A stretch of DNA of 63,388 bases, counting the filler, from Globobulimina sp. (lineage: Eukaryota), in NCBI GenBank assembly GCA_003354225.1. It is 22 parts of 22 records of this genome, joined end to end, with 100 filler letters (N's around TTAATTAATTAA, not from the genome) between each part and the next. Parts side by side here need not be neighbours in the genome. Positions count along the whole stretch, not along the records: positions 46,184 to 48,968 come from PIVH01004901.1; positions 49,069 to 51,852 come from PIVH01004902.1; positions 51,953 to 54,736 come from PIVH01004903.1; positions 54,837 to 57,620 come from PIVH01004904.1; positions 57,721 to 60,504 come from PIVH01004905.1; 17 more parts are not named here. One strand, written 5' to 3'. The first letter of the stretch is position 1; each line of letters starts with the position of its first letter. The position numbers and the translations under genes are program-made. The notes beneath the pieces were generated by a model that saw only the letters and a list, made by a program, of their open reading frames with translations, did no database searches and was not told the origin of the DNA. Positions 46,184-57,820 of this stretch are shown here, piece after piece.

Positions 46184-47435
46184 CATTTTCTTTGATCCAA
46201 TTTATTTATCAGCTCACTGCCATAAAATTTTTTATATTTCTCCTGTTCTTTTTCATCATCACATCCATCGAAATCTGTCTTCACCTCAAACAATGTTTGA
46301 TTTTCATAGAACTCCGGCCATAGCTCCCACGAATGGATGGGTTCAAACCGAACCTCCCTATTAAATATACTCCAAAATTGGTGAACAAAGCCATCCAAAA
46401 TGCAGGTCGTCAATCCGATATATTGTCCAACATTCACTACATTCCCATTATGCTGCAAATCAAAATATTTCTGTTTATTATAATTCAAGCGACTGTCACC
46501 AATGTTAATATTATGTTTTCTGTCATCGTATTTCATAATATGTTTCCGCCAAACATAGACACAGATATCGGGATCATTTCGTGTGTCAATCAATATCATA
46601 ATGGCATCTCCATAGATGGGAAGGGCTGCGGTCCTACAAACACGTGCAACAAACTCATCAATTGGTTCATAACCAATATCAAAGTCAATCCAGTCATTAC
46701 CATCTGTAATATCAAGCTCCTCCGGTTTATCTGTAGTGGCAAGGCAACGATACTAAGCAATCAATCATACAGCCACAATATATTCTTAATATGTTGCTTG
46801 TGTATGATGGATTAATGTAGCATGCAAACAGTGTTTTAATTATTCATTGTCCGCACTGTTTGCGAGTAAAAAAAGTATATTAGTCAGCAAACGCACCTTC
46901 ATTTTGTTCTATTTTCTTCAATTTTCTTTTCAATATTTTTATATTCATTTTTTTCTGATTCGCTTGCATAAGTTCTGCAATATCCACATCGACATTGCGA
47001 GGATAGAACTCATCATCGCGCGCAGTCTTTATCTCTTCGTACCCCTTATAAGGATCATCTGCGTCTTCGTCATCACTGCTGCTCTCACTGCAATGATTTT
47101 GATTTTTGGTTTTTGGTTTTTGGCTGCAATTATTTTGAGCCACACACTCGTTCAGCTGCAATGATTTTGGTTTTTGCTTAATTAAACCATTGGCCCAAAT
47201 TCGCAAATGATACTCACACTGCGCACCTTTAAAAACCTGAGAATTTTTATCATTCTGCGGCCCAAATAAGGAATCTAAGTAAGCATTGAAAGCACGAATA
47301 AGTTTGACATCCGTCTCCCAAATGCCATTCACTTTGAATTTAATAGATTGAGGCAACGGTACTTGCTGCAAATTGCTGGCATATTCTTGACGAGATAATG
47401 TTAACAATTGTTTAATTTCTGAAGAGATAGACATT
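46184..47435 (-). CDS. Hypothetical multi-exon protein (possibly two genes)
   Basis: ORF 46880-47435 plus a downstream open frame from about 46750 to the contig end; exon joins unresolved. Confidence 0.4.
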
Positions 47436-48244
47436 TTATTATCTGTTAGAAAATGTTGCCTGCCGGTTTTGGATTGTTTGTACCTCAAAAGATTCCGAAA
47501 ATACCCACCATCGCAAGGTAATAATGGCAGCAAAGTGTCAATGTTCTGAGTCTGGATTTTATGCGATATTCGCAGCGAACCCATTATGTCATACATGTAT
47601 AATAATAATGGGATTTGATACAATATCTCATATTCGCGGAGTAATGAGGCGGTTTTAGTGTTTTTACATACTGCCAAGGTTTGCAATGCTCGTTTTTGTT
47701 GTTTGTCGCTGTATTTTCTGCGTGCTATTGTTCAATGTGTATGTGTCATATATGTGTATTGTGTGACGTAAATAAGCAAATGTGTGGAAATCAAATAGGT
47801 GGATGTATACATACTAAAACGGCGCTGTTGGAATCTGTTTGGTTGCGTTTTTATGTGAATAGTATTTCTAAAATTGTTGGTATTAAAATTATTGCGAGAT
47901 CTGGGTTTGAATCTGTTGACATTATGTGATTTAGCTCGTGCATTATTTAATGGATTTTGGTGTAGACGATTGGCGTTTGTGTCAAAATTATTTGAGAAAT
48001 TGTTGGATCTGACACGCCGTGGACCGAAATTGCTGAAATTATTCCCAATAACATTTGCTTGCGACATTTGAAATAATAGCAAGTTTACTTTGCTATATCG
48101 GTGTCCATTTAATACGGACTGAAAAGATGCTTATCAAAAAAAAAAAACCTTTTTTTAAAAAACACTTCAAACAATGTCGTTTTATAAATAATTTAGCCAT
48201 AAATACATCGGATTTATAACGTACAAAGCAATCTACATTCTACA

Positions 48245-48968
48245 ATGAGTTGGAGTTGGGAAATATCACTTTGTTTTGTGATATTTGAGATATTATCATT
48301 ACTATATGTATTGCGTCGCAATTTATATATTGATCGATGGTTTTGTTTAATATTATTACCATTTTTATGCCAAGAAATAATACAATTTTTTGAATACGCC
48401 GCTGGTGACATACATAATGCAACAACAACACAATGCACTCCCTTTAATCGTTTATTGAGTAAATGTTTAATATTTGTTGTATATTCCATACCTCTCTGTG
48501 TCTCCGTATTTTCCTTTGCGACCTCGCAATATCATCCAAAGGAAGAGAGTGTTACAATCAGTTGGATGTGGAAATGGAACATGATCAAAGATATCAATTT
48601 ATTCGTCATTTTATGTATTTTAATGATGATTGATAACGAATGTATAACGGTTGGACAGGGACCAAATTCTCCACAACAATGGGCTCAGTTATTAACACCA
48701 AATATCATTGAAAATGGCACCGATTATGGCTTTACAGTTTTTTTTATTGCCATTTATTACTATCCTTCATTTATTTTAACTGCTACGTTATATAAACCAT
48801 TATGGATTGTCTTCTTTCCTATGCTGTATACAATTATATCTTTCATACTTATGCGTATATTTTTAGGCGATGAAGGATGGAGTGTTTGGTGTTGGTCCTC
48901 CTCCGCATGTTTCACCATTTGGTGCTTTGTTTATGTGGTGATATCAAAATGGATGATTAAGAAATATG
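48245..48968 (+). CDS. DUF5765-like multi-pass membrane protein, 3' truncated
   Basis: MSWSWEIS start (cf. MCWS.E.S), QEIIQF.EY, C...N, and WSVWCW near the end. Confidence 0.5.
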
Positions 48969-49068
48969 NNNNNNNNNNNNNNNNNNNNNNNNNNNNNNNN
49001 NNNNNNNNNNNNTTAATTAATTAANNNNNNNNNNNNNNNNNNNNNNNNNNNNNNNNNNNNNNNNNNNN

Positions 49069-49411
49069 AGCGATACAAAGCAAGCCGAGAGATGCGTCGT
49101 TGTGGAATAAATTAGGTGCCACGCAAGCGAATGGTGGGAAATGTAGAGATGCCATAAGGGCTTATTCCAAGGCATTGCAATTGAAACCAAATTATGTGCG
49201 CGCTTTGAGCAATTTAGGCATTTCGTTTGCGAATCAAGATATGCATAAAGAAGCGTGTCAATCTTATTTAGCGTCGCTTAAATTGAATAATAAAGCGGAT
49301 TCGGTGTGGGATCACTTGACGATGTCGTTGATGCATTTAAATAGAGGCGATCTTGTCGAATTATGTAAGCATAGAGATGTTAAATGGTTTAAAAATCATT
49401 TCGATTTCTAA
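49069..49411 (+). CDS. PEX5: Peroxisomal PTS1 receptor PEX5, C-terminal TPRs
   Basis: LWNKLGATQANG...AIRAYSKALQLKPNYVRALSNLGISFAN. Confidence 0.93.
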
Positions 49412-49554
49412 ATTGATTTATGAATATTTTTTTATAATTATATAGTTTATATTCAATTATTTATTATTTTGTATTTTTTTTCGCTTTTAACACTTGCCTA
49501 ATTTTGATTTTATAAAAAACTATAAAAACATTAGAAACTGTTCGGTTTGAGTTC

Positions 49555-50336
49555 ATGGCACAGCAAGAAATAACAGCACAACCATGCGGCAAACTTTCAC
49601 AAGTTTATCATTGTATTCACACATATATGACCCACAAAATGTATGATATGATTCGTATGGTTTCCAATTTACACAGGAATTGGTCTGTTATGGTTTTCTG
49701 AGACATATTGAACGATATCTTTGTGATAAACAAATCATACCTGAAGGAATAATGCAATTGTGTTATAAATTTTATTTAAGTGTAGGTTTTATATTTACAA
49801 ATCCAGGAAATATCAAGAAGCGTATTGATAATACATATAATGAACGAGGTGAGTTAGTACAGACCATCCAGAATGGTGGAGGTAAGGAATCAATATGTTA
49901 CGCGAAGAAAGGATTTAAATCAACAAAAATAGAGACAGAGACTGTATATGAATGGAGTATTGAATGTAAACATATGTCACTGAATGATATGATCGGTATT
50001 ACGAGCTCTTTATCAAATATTGATGAGATTGAGTATGCATTTAATCTCAATGCTACATGCCATTTTTGGTGGGCACATGACGGAATATGGCGAAATGCAA
50101 TGCAGAATACATCGCCATGGAATAGTCGACAATCTAACTTTTACGGTGAATGGAATTCTGGTGATATTATTACTGTTAAATTGGATATAAAAAATAATAA
50201 TGTTGTGTTTCTGAAAAATGGTGAAATGGTGTTTAAACCTGTGAATTGTGGTAAAAATGATGATTGTGTCTGGTATCCATTTGTTGGATTAGGTGCGCAG
50301 CAAAGTAGCTATATTCATAAAGTGTGTGGTTTTTAG
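49555..50336 (+). CDS. 'GFLR...IP..I..LCYKFY' box plus SPRY/B30.2 domain; intron 49603-49676
   Basis: Spliced MAQQ...LSQ|ELVCYGFLRHIE...IIPEGIMQLCYKFY; YEWSI...MIGI...WNSGDIITVKLD...FLKNG...WYPFV. Confidence 0.8.
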
Positions 50337-50382
50337 AAATTATAAGTTTTTAAAAAAAAAATCACTTTTGCAAACGCTAATC

Positions 50383-51541
50383 ATGTCCTCTTCCAAACCA
50401 TACGTCATTGCTGAATATGACAATGAAACACGAAAAGGTTGGTATGTGACTATGTGTATCCAATCAATTTTGATGTAACTAGTTACCATAAATTTATATA
50501 GTTCAAGGTGATTGGATGAATGACAGTTATTCAAATTTAATGAAAGCTATTCGTCTAAAATTTAATATTGAAGATGACTCACAAATTAATATCAACGTTC
50601 ATGATAAAAACAATAATAAATATTTTATAATCGATGCCGATGATATGGTGCAAATCCCACCCGATGGATTAATAAAAGTAACCAAAACCAAACCAACTGC
50701 GCAGAAACTAAGTAAAACAGAAGAAAACACCTTACGCCGTGCATGGAAAATTGATTCAATGGTTGAATTATATTCTAATAAAATGAAAAAATGGATAAAA
50801 GGAAAAATAATTAGCACCGTTGTAGACAATGAAGGGGAATGGCTCCGGATACGATATCTTCAAAAAAACAGAGAAAAAGAAATACAACGTTTCAGCAAAT
50901 GTATTAGACCTATTATTAAAACATCAGAGGTTCGAATTTATTCATAGGACAAACAACATATTACATAGATACGCCATACGTTTTTAAGATATCGATGGAA
51001 GTAAGAGGCGAAATTGGTGCATCAAAGCCATTGCCATTGCCATCACCATCAGAAGCAGTCCTAAATGTTGTTAGTAAGAAAGAAAAGAAAGACATTTGCA
51101 AAACGAGCAATAAAAAAAAAGAAAAAGAAAAAGGAAAAACCGCATTATTAATAATTGAGAACAAAGAAAAACGAAATCAAGATAAAGAAAAAGAAAAAGT
51201 TAGGGTGTTTTTTACAAAATGAAATAAAATGAAATAAAATAAAATAAAATGATACAACAAATTTACAGTGTGCTGTTGTAGAGATCGCAATTACTGAACT
51301 TGGGCAAAGAAAGAAGAAAGCGAAGAGAGTTCGTGGTAAACCAGCTGAGCGTGGAAAAAATGCCACAAATGTAACAAAAGGGGCAAATGTATGGAACACT
51401 AAAGGGACAGCATACTCATTCAGTAAATGGGACAATTCGTGGTCAGATGGTGATGATGAGGATGATGAATATTATGTATGTTGGCAATTTAAAACATTTT
51501 CTGGATGTCCTCGAGGTAAAGAATGTACGTGGCGTCATTGA
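50383..51541 (+). CDS. Multi-exon protein: PB1-like, Tudor/Agenet-like, C-terminal CCCH zinc finger
   Basis: WKIDSMVELYS...WIKGKI...GEWLRIRY...IQRFS..IRP; terminal CWQFKTFSGCPRGKECTWRH = C-x8-C-x5-C-x3-H; three AT-rich introns. Confidence 0.7.
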
Positions 51542-51778
51542 TACATGGCGTCGTTGATATTTGTATTGTGATGTAGCTCAAAAAAGTAATTTAAATAAAT
51601 TAATTTTGTATATTTATTATGTTATATACTTACTGACAAAGTGATATTGTAATCTTTTTATACCATCGAATGTGTATGGTTTTCAAATATAGGTTAATAA
51701 GCTTTGTCATGACGTTTTTTTCTTTGTCGCACAGTTGTCAAGCTTTGACTGTCAACCAGTTTTTGTTTCGATATCCAT

Positions 51779-51830
51779 GATCAACAGCGGGATTCGAACC
51801 CACGCGGGTATAACCCATCAGGCTTAACTG
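51779..51830 (-). tRNA. 3' half of a class II tRNA (Leu- or Ser-type); intron-containing or pseudogene; 5' half beyond the contig end
   Basis: Minus strand CCTGA-TGGGTTATACCCG-C-GTGGG TTCGAAT CCCGC-TGTTGAT: anticodon 3' strand, long variable arm, canonical T-arm. Confidence 0.65.
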
Positions 51831-51952
51831 GTACTTTGCAACAACAACCCAANNNNNNNNNNNNNNNNNNNNNNNNNNNNNNNNNNNNNNNNNNNNTTAA
51901 TTAATTAANNNNNNNNNNNNNNNNNNNNNNNNNNNNNNNNNNNNNNNNNNNN

Positions 51953-52330
51953 ACGATGAACGAAGCAAGCATTATAAGACACATTTGGAATTGGTAGAAT
52001 CTGTATTTATGACATGTGATAAAATATTACTGTCAAATAAAAAGGGTACAATTCAAATGGGATTGCATTTAATGAAATTGATTGATAGAAGTTCTTTGGA
52101 TGCATTTTATTCGAATATTATAGATGAAGAGAAGGATGATATGCATACTGATATGCTTTTAATTGAGAATCAATTGAGAAATGAAACAGATTCAATATTA
52201 ACGTCAGCGTCTTTGATGCACGGTGGTGCCACGCCGATTCATTTCAATACACAAACACAGCAATTACAACAGGAAACAAGTTTAGTTTTAAATTATTTAT
52301 CGAATTACTTTGCTGATTTTTCACCATCAT
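51953..52330 (+). CDS. Fragment of a helical protein, colliding with the opposite-strand ORF
   Basis: Open frame from the contig start with protein-like composition until about 52330. Confidence 0.4.
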
Positions 52331-54010
52331 CACATATCTTGTATTTATATTATTATCCACTGCTACTTTCCTATTATTTGTATTCATCTTTTTATAATTA
52401 TTATTATTGTTTTTATGCATATTTGCTCTCATTTGATTGATTTGAGACTCTTTCATATTATTCATGCTATGCAACGCCTTTATTTTCTTCTGTAACTCAC
52501 TATTTTTATGCATGTTTGCTTTCAATTTATTGAATTCAATCTCTTTTATATTATTTATGCTATTCACCGCCTTTATTTTCCTCTGCAAATCGCTAATTTG
52601 ATGCGAATATGTTTTCCTATCCGATTTTATCTCATTTTTCAATCTGTCATTTTCCAATAAACAATTTTCAATTTCCTCCTTCCAATTACTCCCTTCATTT
52701 AGCGACAAATTATCGTTTAATTCTTGCGTTTCATGCTCCAATTTCTCAATTTGGCGTTGTAAATAACATTTATCTTTCACTAATTGCTCAATTTCAGCTT
52801 CCTTCTCATTCACATCCGCTTGAACTCCAATTTCACGTTTTTTTAATAAGTCGTACTTCGCATGCAATTTTTTATTAATTTTCGCATGTTTTCCTTCTTC
52901 AATCATCAAACCAAGATATTTCTCGTTCAAATCTTTTTTTTCAACAATTAGCCGATCACAGCGCTCATTTACGACTCCAATTTGATGTTTTTGTGACAAC
53001 AGATCGAGTTTTAATAATTCTTTTTCTTTTTTATGTTCATTCTCTTTGTTACTAATCATCTCATTTAATTTATTGATGTCCGGCGTATTTTTTTTATTTC
53101 TCCCCTCAAAATCATCCCATTTCGTTTCCTGACCATATTCAATCATATCATCCATAGCCACACTGCTTAGGTTCCCACATTTTAATTTGCCAAATTTTTT
53201 CAAATATTTAATGACTTTGTTATAGCTGTGGTCGTTGATATAAATCGCATCGTTTTTCATTTTCAAATCAGTGAAAGAATGTTGATATTTCTTATAATTT
53301 AACTCGTATCTTTTTTTAATTTGATCTCCGATTTCTAATATTGAACGTCTTCGCGTTTCCCGTTCAATGTGTTCATTATCTAATAATTTGCCAACGTCAT
53401 ACGACTGTTTAGCAACAAATTGTGTCTCTGACTCAATTTGAGACAGCAGATTTTTTAATGTCGCTATTTTTTGTGCGAAGTTCTCGCCAAATTCGCGGAT
53501 TTCACTCGAAATATTCTTTTTTTGTTGCTCGATTTCGGATAAAATGTCTGTAAATTTCATATCAATTTGGGTTTGTATGGTCTGCATTTTTTCAGATTTT
53601 AATGAGTTTTCTTGCATATATTTATCATATAAGTGTTGTATGTCATTTTTTAATTGATTGAATTCTTTTTTTTTAGTTTCAATTAATTCTTCGACTGCGA
53701 ATTCTTCATCGCTGGCTCGGATTTTTTTGATGTGAATGCTATTTGTATTTGAATTCATGTTTGTAGTTGTTTTGCTATTCAAGGTTTGCAGCGCTTGCAC
53801 GATTTTGTGAACATAGGTTGCATTCTGGGCAGATATGTTGGCGATAAATGAGGGGAATTGCGACGATTGCATTGATAATATGGGTAAGGAGAACATATTA
53901 TGTTTGATAAATATTGATTTTACTGCGGTCAGTTCGTTGGCTTCAATCCAAGCGTTAAAATCAAAATCGTCGTCATCAGTCCACTGACTCGATGAATCAC
54001 TTAGAGCCAT
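52244..54010 (-). CDS. SAM-like N-terminal domain plus long coiled coil
   Basis: FNAWIEANELTAVKSIFIKHNM...HKIVQALQTL, then a heptad-rich K/E region. Confidence 0.7.
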   Translation of the reverse strand: MALSDSSSQWTDDDDFDFNAWIEANELTAVKSIFIKHNMFSLPILSMQSSQFPSFIANISAQNATYVHKIVQALQTLNSKTTTNMNSNTNSIHIKKIRASDEEFAVEELIETKKKEFNQLKNDIQHLYDKYMQENSLKSEKMQTIQTQIDMKFTDILSEIEQQKKNISSEIREFGENFAQKIATLKNLLSQIESETQFVAKQSYDVGKLLDNEHIERETRRRSILEIGDQIKKRYELNYKKYQHSFTDLKMKNDAIYINDHSYNKVIKYLKKFGKLKCGNLSSVAMDDMIEYGQETKWDDFEGRNKKNTPDINKLNEMISNKENEHKKEKELLKLDLLSQKHQIGVVNERCDRLIVEKKDLNEKYLGLMIEEGKHAKINKKLHAKYDLLKKREIGVQADVNEKEAEIEQLVKDKCYLQRQIEKLEHETQELNDNLSLNEGSNWKEEIENCLLENDRLKNEIKSDRKTYSHQISDLQRKIKAVNSINNIKEIEFNKLKANMHKNSELQKKIKALHSMNNMKESQINQMRANMHKNNNNNYKKMNTNNRKVAVDNNINTRYVMMVKNQQSNSINNLKLNLFPVVIAVFVY

Positions 54011-54836
54011 AGTTGAGGGTTGCGGACTTTTGGAGATTAATTGTTAACGGAGCATTATACAAAGAAGATGAAAAAAGTTTTGAGTATCTAAAGTTAATTG
54101 ATACTATACACAAGAATACTAAATTTAGTATTCTTGCTATACATAGCGTAATAATTACATAATTACCCAGATACAGTAGATCATGCATAATTGAACCAAT
54201 TAAATACGTTTTGTGCTGGATTTGTAGTCAGTCAATCCTTCCATTCCAACAGCTATTTTGTATTCCTATTCTAAAGTAACCTGTTTTTTCTTCCAAAACA
54301 GAAAAGTGTTGTTTATGGTTGTGACAATTATGATGTCATTTGTATGATTAATTATTTTCTTCATTGCTTGTCTTCAATACATTCAAGTTCAGACATCTGA
54401 CTCCGGATTAACATAAATTATCCGATCAACCGGTTTATAGATAACCTCCGTTATAAACATGTACTTAAAACAATGTGTATAATGTTAATTAATTTAGAAA
54501 AAAAAAGGTGTCACAACATTTAAAATAACACAATAATAACATTAATAATCTGATTACGGAAAGAGCGACAAAACAAAATAGGAAGAAAAAAAAAATGAGT
54601 ATACACATAAATGAACCAATTGAAAAACAAGAAAAACAGTCTCAAAAATGTCAAAAACAAATCATTCGCACAATAAAGATATAAAAAAAAAATTATAGTT
54701 TTTCAATTGTTGTATATTTACCACACTTTGTATGTTNNNNNNNNNNNNNNNNNNNNNNNNNNNNNNNNNNNNNNNNNNNNTTAATTAATTAANNNNNNNN
54801 NNNNNNNNNNNNNNNNNNNNNNNNNNNNNNNNNNNN

Positions 54837-55647
54837 TTATATGGTGATGCAATTGGCACCGTATGGCGATTTTTTTGCGCGGTGGAAGAAGCGGAAGATA
54901 TTTAATGAAGATATTGCACGCATTATCATATGGAAATTATTGGACGCGACGCAGTATTTACATGCGCTCGGAATAGTACATCGTGACTTGAAGGTATGCT
55001 ACTTACATTGATTTGTATTACTTCCATTACTGTCATACCCAACAAATACATATGTTAAGCCCGAAAATATATTATGTTTGGATGCAGAGGATGACACTAA
55101 AATTGTTATCTCAGATTTTGGATTGAGTAAATTCGCAGCGCCGCATACGGAGATGACGATGCCTTGCGGTACATTGGCGTACGTAGCCCCGGAGGTGTTG
55201 AGCATGAAAGGGTATGGCCGGCAGGTTGATCTATGGTCGCTTGGCTGTATTATGCATTTATTGTTACGGGGGATATTGCCGTTTGATGGGCATACTAAGG
55301 ACGAGGTGGTGGAGAAGACATTGAATAAGAAATTGGATTTATCGCATCCAAAATGGGATAAATATAACGTGTCGTCGGTGGCGAGGGATTTAATCAGCAA
55401 ATTACTTATAAAAGATCCGAATCATAGGATATCTTTACATGATGCACTTAAACACAGATGGTTTGATAAAATAAAAGAGGAACATCAGGACTTGCAGTTA
55501 CATAATGACATCTCGCCCACCATCCATGCGGTGATGAGTGGTGCGGATGATACGCCGTTGCCGCAGGCGTTGAATTTGAACAAATCGCAGGTTGATTATG
55601 AATTGATTGAGAATGATAAACTTAAGGATGATGAGCTTAAGATATAA
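54837..55647 (+). CDS. CAMK-group kinase, C-lobe only; intron 54994-55059
   Basis: YMVMQLAPYGD...HRDLK|PENIL...ISDFGLSK...CGTLAYVAPEV...DLWSLG...RIS..DAL.H.W. Confidence 0.9.
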
Positions 55648-56918
55648 ATATAATGAGTATAATAATAATATTGTATAATTTTGTTGATTGTTTGTTATTA
55701 TTATATTATTTTGTTTTTTTTATAGTAGTTTATTAATTTTAATTCAGTAAATTCAATTTTTTTTCACTCGATTTTTTTTCTATTTTTTGTTTTGTTTTGT
55801 TTTTCTTTGGTTGTTTGCATATCTATTTTTTTCACTTTTTTTTTGTTGATATGATTTCTTTAATTTTAGATTTTTGTGTTCCCGATTGGTTTGCTCTCGT
55901 ATTTTTTGTTTTTGTTTTGTTGTTATCGATGAGGTTGCTGCTTAAAAAAAAAATGAAATGAAATAAAATAAAATGCAGCCTTATAGAATTAAATATTAAA
56001 TTAAATTGAAGATACATCTTTACTTATAATAAGTTATAATAATTGAAGAGAGGTTGTCTGATCTATGGCTTTAAATATTTAAAAAATGCGATTTATGTAA
56101 AAAATGATTTCTATGAATATTGTTGATGTCGTTTGTATAAATAATTCACAAATTGACTATGTCCAACTAAGTGATTTTCGAGACCGTTACATTTCATGTC
56201 TCCAATGTCTACACTGTCTTTTAGATTGGCGATCCTAAATATGATTTTTACGAGAGAATTTCGTCTAAAAGTATCTACGACGAAACAAAAATCATATTTG
56301 GGACAATCTAAAATCGACCCTTCCAGATTTACTTTTTTCAAGAATCGACATTTTTACCAAAATGATTGAGGGCTCACCCCTCACCCACTGCATAATATAT
56401 GTAAAGAGGAATAGATCTAAAAACACATGACAAATGTGCTGACATATATAATGTTAGATAGTATACACGAGATTAGAATAGAGAATCATTAGATTCTTGA
56501 CAGTCACTAAAAATCTCAAACTGAACAATCATGTCCGTGTCTATCATAGGACGTTAGGTGTTGCTACTAATAGTATGCAAAGACAGTGACGCATATTGAA
56601 ACAGGGTGATTCTGTTGCTTTGGACCTCGGTTACGAAATATATGCCACAAGTGTACAATTGCTAAATTTATATAGTTTATATACTTGATGGGTTTACATA
56701 TATTTTTAACCGACAACAGAAAATAACATATGCAATAAGTCATTAAATACTTGTGTGGATCATTTAGTTTCTATAGAATCTAATCCATAACTATGTTGGA
56801 CCCCTTGCCACCCCTCAGCCTTTCCAAAGGTCAAGGACCTCTCCAAACTAATTATTTGAGCACATAAATGGGCGAAATCCCCAGAACTAATTATTTGAAC
56901 ACAAATGAGAGAAGAAAT

Positions 56919-57114
56919 GCTGTCAAATATTAAGGCGGCGATAATGAGAAAGAATCCGCCATATATTAAGGCGGTGTGAATTGGATGCAATTAAGGCGGC
57001 GAGAAAGAGAGAAGTAATCCCGTCATATATTAAGGCGGCGATAATGAGAAGGAAGCCGTCATATATTAAGGCGGCGAGAATAAGTAAAGCAAAGCCGTCA
57101 TATATTACGGCGGC
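56919..57114. repeat. Array of six stem-loop repeats, consensus GCCGTC-ATATATTAA-GGCGGC
   Basis: Copies at 56919, 56955, about 56989 (partial), 57019, 57055 and 57094, with purine-rich spacers. Confidence 0.9.
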
Positions 57115-57501
57115 GAGAAAGAGAGATGCGGCGCAAAGTGGATTGGATTATTATGATGATGGCCTACCACATAGCCATCATCACCTCACCTCACCGAACA
57201 ACACAAAATTTGGAAAAAATTGGAAAAAAGAAAGAAACAGAGGGTGGTCTTGGACGACCACGAACTAAAGGAAAAAAAGAAAAAAGAAAAAATTGGAAAA
57301 AAAAGAAGGAAAGAATTGGTGGTGATAAGTCACCACGGATTGATTAGGAAAATTGAAAAGAAAAAGAAAGAAAAAATGGATTTATGGTCTTGGGCGACCA
57401 CAAACTGAATGAAAAATTGAAAAGAAAAAGAAAAGAAAAAGAAAAAATGATTTGGATTGGGATGAATATGATGATGATGATGAGCTAGTGCATGCCCATC
57501 A

Positions 57502-57620
57502 TTATATGGTGATGCAATTGGCACCGTATGGCGATTTTTTTGCGCGGTGGAAGAAGCGGAAGATATTTAATGAAGATATTGCACGCATTATCATATGGAA
57601 ATTATTGGACGCGACGCAGT
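57502..57620 (+). repeat. 119-bp exact terminal direct repeat of the contig start (54837-54955)
   Basis: ttatatggtgatgcaattggcacc...ggacgcgacgcagt is identical at both contig ends. Confidence 0.95.
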
Positions 57621-57820
57621 NNNNNNNNNNNNNNNNNNNNNNNNNNNNNNNNNNNNNNNNNNNNTTAATTAATTAANNNNNNNNNNNNNNNNNNNNNNNN
57701 NNNNNNNNNNNNNNNNNNNNTCAATGGATTAAGTTGATGATACCTATGCTAATAAATTGCCATATTTTCTATGTGTTGGTTCGAGCCTCGAAAAACTTTT
57801 CATTTAACAATCCCTCAGTC

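Noticed and set aside
52244-52440. Overlapping convergent ORFs as a natural antisense pair
   Set aside because: Each frame degrades into shadow sequence past about 52330; a chimeric join is more likely.
56919-57114. CRISPR array interpretation of the palindromic repeats
   Set aside because: Spacers are short (about 15-20 nt), similar to each other and irregular; eukaryotic context with no cas genes.
56981-57268. ORF with PSYIKAA repeats
   Set aside because: Translation by-product of the DNA hairpin array; non-ATG start.
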